A stretch of 64,000 bases of DNA, from IMG/VR virus record IMGVR_UViG_3300049009_000811, positions 1 through 64,000 of that record; one strand, written 5' to 3'. Shown here one piece after another: positions 48,662 through 56,663 of the stretch; position 1 is the first letter of the stretch; every line of letters begins with the position of its first letter. The notes below the pieces were generated by a model, which worked only from the letters and a program-made list of their open reading frames with translations, ran no database searches and had not been told where the DNA came from. The position numbers and the translations under genes were made by a program. The DNA comes from a virus (Duplodnaviria; Caudoviricetes).

Positions 48662-48865
48662 ATGGAAGAACTGGCAGAAATGATCTACGACCGAAACCAG
48701 GAAACCATCTCGTCATTCTTCGAGGACGAGCGGTACGGAGAGGACGAATTCCTCGATGAATTGGTGGACGACATCGTCTCGGCGATCCAGATCGCCGAGG
48801 GCGAGGAATTCGCCCCCGAGGTCGAGGACCTCATCAGGGAACAAGTCATGAACGGTCTGACCTAG
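48662..48865 (+). CDS. highly acidic small protein
   Basis: FEDERYGEDEFLDELVDDIV; motif A and SD. Confidence 0.7.
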   Translation: MEELAEMIYDRNQETISSFFEDERYGEDEFLDELVDDIVSAIQIAEGEEFAPEVEDLIREQVMNGLT

Positions 48866-49007
48866 GACTCAGCCCAGGCTAAACGCCCGGGCTTTCCCTT
48901 TTCCCGGAAACCGGTGTACTGACCTCCGGAGCCGGACCCCTGGCGAGCCGTTCGTGAACTACCCGGAACCCTACAAACGTAACTCAACCCCAACCGGAGA
49001 ATCGAAG

Positions 49008-49598
49008 ATGTCTACTTGCGAGAAGAAACTGGTAAATGCAGGAAACCTCACCGGAGACCTTTCCGGGATATGGGGCGACGCGGGCAAGCGATATGATTGC
49101 GATATTACCGAACACCTTTCCGGTCTCACGGGCGACGCGACTAATATCAGGGGCGACGTGTCCAAAATCCGTGGCGACGTTACCGGGCTCAGGGGCGACG
49201 TGTCCGGGATCTGGGGATATGTGTCCGCGATCACGGGCGACGTGTCAAATCTCAGTGGCGACGCGTCCTTGTTCAGCCGGTGGGGATACGTGTCCAACCT
49301 CTACGGCGACGTGTCCGGGATCAGGGGATATGTGCACAATCTCAAGGGCGACGTTACCGGGATCAGGGGCGACGTGTCTGGTCTCCGTGGCGATGTCACC
49401 GGTCTCAAGGGCGGTGTGTACGGGCTCCGTGGCGATGTCACTGGGATCGAGGGAAGCGTGTACTGGCTCCGTGGCGACGTCGAAGACCTGGTTCTCCAGG
49501 GAAAGCTGAAGCGTACGGGCAAACATGAACCCGAGAAGACCAAGGAATCTCGACTGGTCGAGAAGCCAGACGATATCAAGACCTTGTTCGGCAAGTAA
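49008..49598 (+). CDS. GDV heptapeptide-repeat protein, paralogue 8
   Basis: MSTCEKKLVNAGNLTGDL cap, GDVEDLVLQGKLKR cap, ESRLVE..DIKTLFGK tail. Confidence 0.88.
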   Translation: MSTCEKKLVNAGNLTGDLSGIWGDAGKRYDCDITEHLSGLTGDATNIRGDVSKIRGDVTGLRGDVSGIWGYVSAITGDVSNLSGDASLFSRWGYVSNLYGDVSGIRGYVHNLKGDVTGIRGDVSGLRGDVTGLKGGVYGLRGDVTGIEGSVYWLRGDVEDLVLQGKLKRTGKHEPEKTKESRLVEKPDDIKTLFGK

Positions 49599-49679
49599 AA
49601 ATCAGAAGCCGTTCCCAATCAACCCGGAACCCTACCGTCGTGTGGCGGAAACGAAAAAAACAAACAAGGAGAATGGAAA

Positions 49680-49907
49680 ATGGCTGATTTCACCTGGGCT
49701 TGCGGCACTGATCCCGTGGATTCCCAATCGAGGATCGCCGTCATGGGACACATCCACCGCGAGACCCTGCAGAGTCACGCCTTCAGGGTCCAGGAGCTGC
49801 AGGGCGAGCTCCAGCAGGCTAACGAACGGATCCTCCTCCTCGAGGGATACCTCAAGGCGATGAGCGAGGGGGAGAGTTTCGCCCTCCCACCGAACCTGGG
49901 CATCTGA
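49680..49907 (+). CDS. small coiled-coil protein
   Basis: Motif A and SD. Confidence 0.7.
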   Translation: MADFTWACGTDPVDSQSRIAVMGHIHRETLQSHAFRVQELQGELQQANERILLLEGYLKAMSEGESFALPPNLGI

Positions 49908-49971
49908 CCCTGCGTCCTAGCCGTTCCCAATCAACCTGGAATCCCATAACTTAAACCAAGGAGACCGAAAC

Positions 49972-50154
49972 ATGAATGAAGCCGAATATTTCATCGCGGT
50001 AAACGCCCGCCTGGACGCCCTCGAGGCTGCCCGGGAAGAAGAACCCAAAGCCGAGAAGCACTGGAAGGACCAGATAACCTGGTCCTGCGGCACGGAAGGC
50101 TGCTACGGAAGCGTGTCCGGGATCAACATGCCCTGCAGCAACTGCGGGGGCTAG
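49972..50154 (+). CDS. small Zn-binding protein
   Basis: MNEAEYF...CGTEGC..CSNCGG. Confidence 0.7.
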   Translation: MNEAEYFIAVNARLDALEAAREEEPKAEKHWKDQITWSCGTEGCYGSVSGINMPCSNCGG

Positions 50155-50319
50155 GACGCAGCCCTGGTTTCAAAGCCAGGGCTTGCCTTTCCCGGCAAAC
50201 CGGTATACTGACCACCGGCGCAACCTGTCCCGGACATCCCGAGCCTGCGTCCGGAAGCCGTTCCCAATCAACCCGGAACCCCATCACCGTGTGGTGGGAA
50301 ACTTAAACCTTCAAGGAGA

Positions 50320-50547
50320 ATGAAAATGATCGAAGCAAAAGAAACCGAACGCCATGGCGGCGCCTACGACAGGGGTCGCGCCGACTCCTACTACAACCGC
50401 CCCCGGCTGCCCCATATGTTCGCCGGGGCGACATACGCCAGCCCGCAGGTCAACAAAAATGACATGACCGCGGAGCAGGTGGCGGATTACAACGCCGGCT
50501 ACAACTGGAACGAGGAGTTCGGGGACAAGAAGGACTGGGGGGGATAG
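50320..50547 (+). CDS. conserved phage small protein
   Basis: RHGGAYDRGRADSYY.R...PH...MT.EQ...Y.AGY..NEE.GDKKDW. Confidence 0.8.
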   Translation: MKMIEAKETERHGGAYDRGRADSYYNRPRLPHMFAGATYASPQVNKNDMTAEQVADYNAGYNWNEEFGDKKDWGG

Positions 50548-50588
50548 AACCCCGGCTTCCCGCGGGAACCGGTGTACTGACCTCCGGA

Positions 50589-51460
50589 GCCAGTCCGGGT
50601 CGACCAGTCTAACCAGTATCACCAGTCTCATCGGGTCGTCCCGAGCCTGCGTCCCATCTTTCCGTGAACGCCCGTACATCGAACCGTGTCCGGGTCGACC
50701 GGTCTAACCAGTATCACCAGTCTCATCGGCGCGTCCCGGCGTCCCGGTTCGTCCAGTGAAGCCAGTAGATCCAGTCTCCCCGGCAGAACCGTCCGGGTCG
50801 TCCCGAGCCTGCGTCCCATCTTTCTGTGAACGCCCGTACATCGAACCGTGTCCGGGTCGACCGGTCTAGCCAGTATCACCAGTCTCACCGGCGTCCCGGC
50901 TTTCCAGTATCGCCAGTGAAGCCAGTATGACCAGTAGCGCCAGTAGAGCCTGCGTCCAGTGACTCCAGTGGAACCAGTGGAACCTGCCGGAACCGTGTCC
51001 CGAGCCACCGCCCGGTGGCTCCCGTCTGCCCGGCTCGCCGGGGAAGCCCCGAGACGCCACCGGGTTTCGACGATCCCACGCGAATCGACCGAGAACGCCG
51101 CCTCCGGGAAACCGAGCTGGAAACGGCGACGCAGCCTGGCGTCGGTCCAGTAGCGCCAGTAGATCCGGCAGGTCCGACCCGGCACGGGCGTTGTCCGGGT
51201 CGTTCCAGCCCGGTAAAACCTGTAGAACCGGTAGAGCCAGTCGCTCCATCAGGACCTGTCCGGGTCGTTCCCGAGCCTGCGTCCCGCAGTGATATTGAAC
51301 GCCCGTACATCAAACCGTGTCCGGGTCGTCCGGTCCCGGCATGACCTGTAGAACCGGTAGAGCCAGTGGAACCTGTCCGGGTCAGTCCCGAGCCCGCGTC
51401 CCTGGTCGCCCCGGTCCGACCAGCCGGGTATGACCTGTAGAACCGCGGTTGCCCGCGTCC
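50589..51460. repeat. repetitive tract: 94-bp direct repeat plus 9-bp-period CCAGT/CCGGT runs
   Basis: 50632-50725 nearly identical to 50794-50887, partial third copy near 51260-51330; CCAGTnnnn runs at ~50903-50985. Confidence 0.8.
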
Positions 51461-51532
51461 CGAAGCCGTTCCCGGGCAACCCGGCACCCTACCATCGTGT
51501 GGCGGGAAACGAAAACTCAAGGAGAATGAAAC

Positions 51533-51799
51533 ATGGATGCCAAGAAAATGAGCGACGCGAACCTGAAGGCTGCGTACTGGGCTGCTTACAACAAGAAGGA
51601 AGCCGCCCACCTGGCGTGGCGCACGGAGACCGGCTTCGGTCGGGTAGCCCCGGACCTCGAGGCTGCGTTCCGGGCAGCGTGCGCGGAGTACGAGCCGCTC
51701 CTCGACGAGTGGGACGCCCGGTTCTCGTCCGAAGAGGACGACGTACGCGCCCGCGAGGCGATCGCGGACCGGTACGAGGTCAACTGGAGCGAGGAATAG
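51533..51799 (+). CDS. hypothetical protein
   Basis: Motif A and AAGGAG SD. Confidence 0.75.
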   Translation: MDAKKMSDANLKAAYWAAYNKKEAAHLAWRTETGFGRVAPDLEAAFRAACAEYEPLLDEWDARFSSEEDDVRAREAIADRYEVNWSEE

Positions 51800-52170
51800 A
51801 CCGGTAGCCCCGACCACGGGGCTTCACCTTTACCCCGGAAACCGGTGTACTGACCTCCGGAGCCCGGCACCCATGTCGCCGACCGGGTCCGGACCCTTCG
51901 GGCTGCGCGGACCGTGGCGGTCATTCCCCCTATATATATTGTATCAGGCGAGACGTCCGCCGGGAACGGGCGAGCCGAAGGGTCCAGCCGTTCGCCGGAT
52001 ACCCGGCACCCCATGGTCACGCGGACCGGGGGATCAAGCCCGGTCCGCGTGAAGCTACGCGTAAACATACTCAACGAGCCGGGCTAGTCGCCCGGCTTAA
52101 CTTGGACCGGCGACCGGTGTACTGACCTCCGGAGCCGGGCTACGTCTTACAGGTCGGATGGGGGGATAGC

Positions 52171-52545
52171 ATGCGCAAGGAAAACACGAAGGGTCTCGAG
52201 GGTTACAGGCTGTCGTACGTCACCAGGAAGAACGGGGTCGTCAAGACCATCACCGGCTACTGGGACGAGGACCTGTACTGGCTCATAGAGGACGCGAAGA
52301 CGGACGAGGGGTTCGTCGCGGTCGTCAGGGAGGCTGTCTTCCGCGGCGACACGGGATCCAGGGTCGTGCCGACCGGGACGCTGCACGGGATGATACCCGA
52401 GAGTTTCACGCTGGGCGAACTGGGATACTCGGAGATACCCATGGCTATCCCGGTGGAAGCCGGCGACGGCATACCCATGGCTATACCTGTCGGAACTGAC
52501 GGGGAGCTCGACGGGGACGAGCCGTGGGTCCTCAAGATGGTGTGA
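52171..52545 (+). CDS. hypothetical protein
   Basis: ORF after last motif B; internal IPMAIPV duplication. Confidence 0.6.
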   Translation: MRKENTKGLEGYRLSYVTRKNGVVKTITGYWDEDLYWLIEDAKTDEGFVAVVREAVFRGDTGSRVVPTGTLHGMIPESFTLGELGYSEIPMAIPVEAGDGIPMAIPVGTDGELDGDEPWVLKMV

Positions 52546-52893
52546 AGCGTTTTTTTGGCAAAGATTCTTTTGCGTAAATTAATTCGGAAAACCCCGGGGG
52601 GAAGACCGGGGGTGGGTACCCCCCGCCACCTATTACTGCCCCCTTTTGCTTGACCCTCCCCTTTTTGCAAAACCGGGGGAAGGGGAACCCGGAATTCTCC
52701 CGGCGGGGCTGTGGGATTGCGGAAAACCCCCGGAGAAAAAAAATCGCCGGGGGTTTTTCCGTTCTGTCTGTGGGGGAAAACGGTTTCTTCATGGGGCATC
52801 CGCAGGAATGGGATTGATGCGGTAGACTTTCCAGGCAGATAAAATCATGTTTGGCGCCCATCCGAATCGTTGACGCCAAGTTTGGTTTCCGCT

Positions 52894-53307
52894 TTACGCG
52901 AGTTTCTTGCCGCAGGACGCGCATTCCAGGCTTTCGATCGAGTTGATGAAAGCGCAGTCCCCGCACTTCTTCGTCTCGTTAACCTTTATGGTCAAGAGGT
53001 GAGCCTTGAGAGCCCCGACCAGTGCGCCGAGCAGCTTCTTTCCCGATGGATGGAGCTGGGTCGTGTTCAGCATGCCGTCAAGGTGGCTTGCGAGCTGGTT
53101 TTTGACGGAGTTGGCGTCGGTGCCCGGCAGACCGCCGCCGCACCCGTGGCAAGTGCCGCCCGGGGCGTTGCCCTCGGTGCCGCAGACCATGCACTTGATC
53201 GCTTGGGGCGCCGCTTCCTCCAGGAAGCCGTACGATACGTTCTCCTGCTTGACGCCGAGACCCCTCGATATAGTGTTCCACCATTCCTTCTCAGATAAGT
53301 TGTTCAT
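52894..53307 (-). CDS. double zinc-ribbon protein
   Basis: CMVCG..CHGCG and CGDC..CASCG; AAGGAG SD; CATATATA upstream. Confidence 0.75.
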   Translation of the reverse strand: MNNLSEKEWWNTISRGLGVKQENVSYGFLEEAAPQAIKCMVCGTEGNAPGGTCHGCGGGLPGTDANSVKNQLASHLDGMLNTTQLHPSGKKLLGALVGALKAHLLTIKVNETKKCGDCAFINSIESLECASCGKKLA

Positions 53308-53382
53308 GATGCTCCTTTCCGTTATATATGTCGGAGTATTCAAGTTTGCCTACAATATATATTCGCATTCCGAGGGGGGAAG

Positions 53383-54222
53383 ATGCTGAAGCACGACCTG
53401 TTGGGCGATGACGAATGGGTTTTGATCAATCAAAGATGTCACGGGCAATTGGGCGACATCGTAATGTCTCTCAACCTGATGTACAACTTGGGAGTGGAGA
53501 CAGGACGAAGGTTCGAGATTGTCTGTTACGATGGCGCGGCAAGCCAGCTCCTCGATCTTTTCGATTACGGAATCTCGAGGCGGTCGGGAAATGCCCCAGT
53601 CGGTTCCGGAAACGAGCTTGGTCGTTCCGGGGATATAAACATCCTGCTGGATTCATCCTACCACTCCGTGTACGGAAAGATTGGCGGTCCCGAACGCTCG
53701 GCTATCGCCGCGCCGTGGGGCGTGGAGCTATACGGATTCTCCCCCGACAGGGTTTCCTGCTCAGCCTTCCCGCACAAGTTGAGGTCGTTCCGCCTCCCCC
53801 CGCGCAAGGTGAGCGCGTCTGGCGCGCGCGGAACGGCGTGCTGCCAGATGGACACCCGCTCCGCGCATCCTGGAAAGGACAGGTTCTCCACGGAGGAGGT
53901 CGACATGGCGAACTCCATGTTCGGCGGGAGGGACTCCGTCCACATCGGCGGACCGGGCACGGACGCGTACACCGGGGGATTGCGGACCCACTACGCCGCG
54001 CTGCGCGAGCAGAGCGAGTTCATCTTGGGATGCAGCGGGTTCTACGGGATCGACAGCGGCATGTCGCACCTCGCAGGGACTCTGGGAATGCCAGGCGACG
54101 TGGTGATACAGAATTCCGGCGAATTCGAATCTTTAAGTTACATGTACGGGTTGATGTACCCTAGCCTGCGGGTTCACAGGAGGTCGGTTCTGGAAGGAGT
54201 CGTGGGGAGAGAGCCTCGATAA
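53383..54222 (+). CDS. glycosyltransferase family 9-like protein, copy 1
   Basis: LGDIVMSL near N-terminus; F.GIDSGMSHLA near C-terminus. Confidence 0.65.
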   Translation: MLKHDLLGDDEWVLINQRCHGQLGDIVMSLNLMYNLGVETGRRFEIVCYDGAASQLLDLFDYGISRRSGNAPVGSGNELGRSGDINILLDSSYHSVYGKIGGPERSAIAAPWGVELYGFSPDRVSCSAFPHKLRSFRLPPRKVSASGARGTACCQMDTRSAHPGKDRFSTEEVDMANSMFGGRDSVHIGGPGTDAYTGGLRTHYAALREQSEFILGCSGFYGIDSGMSHLAGTLGMPGDVVIQNSGEFESLSYMYGLMYPSLRVHRRSVLEGVVGREPR

Positions 54223-54255
54223 GGAAATTTCCGAATACATGTCCTAAGGGGGAAG

Positions 54256-55092
54256 ATGCTGAAACACGACCTGTCCGCCGGCGCCGAGGAGCGCCTCTAC
54301 ATTGGTTCGGGGATACACCTCGGCGACGTGATCATGTCGCTGAACATCATGTACAACCTGAGCCTCGAGAGCGGCGTGAGGTGCGCCGTCCCGTGTTCCG
54401 AGGGCGACAGGGTCAGCCAGCTCATGGGAATATTCGACTACGGCGGCGTCCTCGTAGGCTGCCCTTTGACGAAGACCAGGGGCACGCCGCGAGTCTGCCC
54501 CGGCACGTCCGCCTCCGAGGCTGTCTCGACCGCCAGCAGGCTCGTGGGAAGCACCAGGTCGAAGAGCCTCGGCGCGTTCATGCGCTGGAAGGCTGAGACG
54601 GAAGCGGGCAAGGAGTCCCCGCACATGTTGAGGTCTTTCCGGCTGCCGCCGAGCAGGGTCGAGCCTTCCGGGGTACGCGGGGCGAGGTGCTGCCAGATGA
54701 ACACCAGTTCCCCCCTCCATGGGAAGGAGAGGTTGTCGAAGATGGAGGTCGACATGGCGAACGCCCTGTTCGGCGGGAGGGACTCCGTCCACATCGGCGG
54801 ACCTGGGACCGACACGTACACGGGCGGCTTGCGGACCCACTACGCCACGCTGCGCGAGCAGAGCGGGTTCATACTGGGGTGCAGCGGGTTCTACGGGATC
54901 GACAGCGGCATGTCGCACCTCGCCGGGTCTCTCGGTCTTGGGGGGGACGTGGTGATACAGGACACCAACGAGGAGGACATCGAGTGCATCACGGGGATGT
55001 ACGGGTTCATGTACCCCGGGATGAGGACGCACAGGAGGTCGGTTCTGGGAGGGGTCGCCCCCGGGCGCGGGATGTCGGCGCTGCTACAGTGA
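54256..55092 (+). CDS. glycosyltransferase family 9-like protein, copy 2
   Basis: Tandem paralogue of 53383 with near-identical C-terminal part. Confidence 0.65.
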   Translation: MLKHDLSAGAEERLYIGSGIHLGDVIMSLNIMYNLSLESGVRCAVPCSEGDRVSQLMGIFDYGGVLVGCPLTKTRGTPRVCPGTSASEAVSTASRLVGSTRSKSLGAFMRWKAETEAGKESPHMLRSFRLPPSRVEPSGVRGARCCQMNTSSPLHGKERLSKMEVDMANALFGGRDSVHIGGPGTDTYTGGLRTHYATLREQSGFILGCSGFYGIDSGMSHLAGSLGLGGDVVIQDTNEEDIECITGMYGFMYPGMRTHRRSVLGGVAPGRGMSALLQ

Positions 55093-55599
55093 GAACTTCG
55101 CGAGGAACAAATCTATGTCGGCGAGGAGGTCTATGTTGCTCTCCACCTTACCCCTGTCCCAGTCCCACCACCTTATCTCCATCAGCCTGTCTATCACGTC
55201 CCTCTCGAACCTGTACCTAATGACCCTGGCGGGGTTCCCAGCCACCACGGCGAACGGGGGGACGTCCTTCGTGACGACCGCCCTGGCGCCCACGATGGAC
55301 CCGTGACCGATGGTGGTGCCGCCGAATATCATCGCCTCCGTGCCGACCCAGCAGTCCGAGCCTATCTCGATCGGACCCTTGTCCCTGCCCGTCGGGTAGT
55401 TCGAGTCCGGGTAGTGCGACCTGAACCTGAAGTTGCTCACGGTCGGGTGGTCCGCGGAGGCGTGGTCTATCGGACCGCCGCAGAGGAAGGTGACCCTCCT
55501 GGCTATCCCGGAGTAGTTCCCCACGGTTATCCGCCCGTTCGGGAAGTACACGACGCAGTCCTGGTTTATTGTCGATAGCGTGCCAAGGGTTATCCCCAT
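55084..55599 (-). CDS. CatB/Vat-like hexapeptide-repeat O-acetyltransferase
   Basis: GPIEIGSDCWVG, GARAVVTKDVPPFAVVAGNPARVIRYRF, IRWWDW. Confidence 0.88.
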   Translation of the reverse strand: MGITLGTLSTINQDCVVYFPNGRITVGNYSGIARRVTFLCGGPIDHASADHPTVSNFRFRSHYPDSNYPTGRDKGPIEIGSDCWVGTEAMIFGGTTIGHGSIVGARAVVTKDVPPFAVVAGNPARVIRYRFERDVIDRLMEIRWWDWDRGKVESNIDLLADIDLFLAKFSL

Positions 55600-55836
55600 T
55601 CGTCTGTCTCCGGTTGGAACACGTTGCGCGGTGCGCTGTTTCGCCGCTGGCATCATAGCGGATCTTAGCCTCGCCTCCAAGGCGTTTTTCGCGGGGACAA
55701 TTGGAATTGACGTGTTTTTTCGGTTCTGCTAGATTCACGCATCGCGTCGGGACGAAGAATTGCCGTGGGTGGGAATTCCGAAGAGGCAACGCGTTGTTGC
55801 CGCCCGGGGCGGTTCAAAAAGAAAGGTAACAATGTC

Positions 55837-56544
55837 ATGTATTCAAAAGAAAATGTCAGCCGCCTCATGGGTAGCGATGAATCAATTTATAATGCGGGAA
55901 ATTTTGATCCCATTGGAACACTCGACAAGAATATAAATTTTATAAACGAAAAGTACAATGGACAATTCAATAAAACAGAGGTTTTGTCGACATCATACAC
56001 AGAGGGCGACAAAGAATTTGCGGTCATCACATGTCGCGACATGACATGTTTAAATGAAAACAAACTTTTAATGTATCTTACCACTGGGAAAGATGCAAAA
56101 AGATTAATGCCGAAAATTCAAATGGCAGTTAACGAAAACAAGCAACTGTCATTTGTGGAATTTGTGATGTTTCTTTCCTTTAATGATATTGAAACCGAAA
56201 GAGATGCTTTTGGAGTTGATTCGAATGAAGATGGGCAAATGGAAAAATTCAAATCTTCAGTAACAGGATACAAGCATGACCCATTGTATCCTCCTCTGCC
56301 AAAAGAACCCCATGGTTCCTTGTCCGGCATAGGGTTCATCTATGACGAAGATATGGACGAAAGGGTTTTAATGGCAATAGAACTAGTAAAACACATGAAA
56401 AACGTCGTGGCAGTTCATGAGCATCAAGGCACTTTGGCAATTTACAGTAAAGATCCTTGCGAAATGGAAGAAATAGAAGTGTATGGCGACAATTGGTCTG
56501 TTGACAACTATGTGCCAGAAAACGGAAAATGGGTCGAAGTATAG
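55837..56544 (+). CDS. hypothetical protein (AT-rich)
   Basis: Long ORF; start inferred. Confidence 0.65.
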   Translation: MYSKENVSRLMGSDESIYNAGNFDPIGTLDKNINFINEKYNGQFNKTEVLSTSYTEGDKEFAVITCRDMTCLNENKLLMYLTTGKDAKRLMPKIQMAVNENKQLSFVEFVMFLSFNDIETERDAFGVDSNEDGQMEKFKSSVTGYKHDPLYPPLPKEPHGSLSGIGFIYDEDMDERVLMAIELVKHMKNVVAVHEHQGTLAIYSKDPCEMEEIEVYGDNWSVDNYVPENGKWVEV

Positions 56545-56663
56545 AAAATGAGACTCCATTCCATAAAAGGCATTCCCTTGGAACACGTAAGGTCGATATT
56601 GTATGAAAACAAAGTTAGATGAAGAATTGTATTCTAAATTCTAAACCGCACAATTAAAATCAT

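Larger units (their letters stand above)
950..52012. repeat. dispersed motif A, AGCCGTTC-N11-GG(A/C)ACCC-N6-YGT, about 67 copies; putative promoter and/or cassette boundary
   Basis: GCCGTTC on + at 951,1859,2111,2412,3015,5432,7500(degenerate),7935,8459,9194,10345,11589,12372,13890,15022,17315,18913,21858,22381,26000,26059,26455,26991,27388,27742,28185(truncated),28627,29913,31459,32818,33664,37527,37854,38163,38541,39525,39762,40236,40585,40967,41971,43882,44617,44922,45940,48041,48357,48591,48947,49608,49920,50257,51465,51987; GAACGGC (minus strand) at 25222,25578,25885,36314,36775,37380,37478,43264,43804,46820,47077,47404,47884. Confidence 0.95.
8433..52133. repeat. dispersed motif B, core GTGTACTGACCTCCGG (18 dispersed copies plus the tandem at 804-870)
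   Basis: + at 8433,26952,37815,38124,40928,42281,46246,48320,48914,50203(variant),50572,51845,52117; minus at 21826,35680,37493,47104,47431. Confidence 0.93.

Noticed and set aside
1018-49598. Diversity-generating retroelement acting on the GDV genes
   Set aside because: No reverse transcriptase seen, and differences between copies are not adenine-specific.
862-49618. Long antisense and alternate-frame ORFs over the GDV genes (e.g. 8410-9978 minus, TSPL-rich)
   Set aside because: Shadows of the 21-bp repeat in GC-rich DNA, without SD or motif A.
950-52012. Motif A or B as a CRISPR array
   Set aside because: Spacing is gene-sized and irregular, motif A has variable internal spacers, and no cas genes are visible.
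950-52012. Classical integron attC sites
   Set aside because: No RYYYAAC...GTTRRRY arrangement or long imperfect palindrome, both orientations occur, and no IntI-like gene is in the window. The comparison is architectural only.
55084-55599. Antibiotic-resistance call (catB/vat)
   Set aside because: Family motifs do not define the substrate; the neighbouring glycosyltransferase-like genes favour a sugar O-acetyltransferase.
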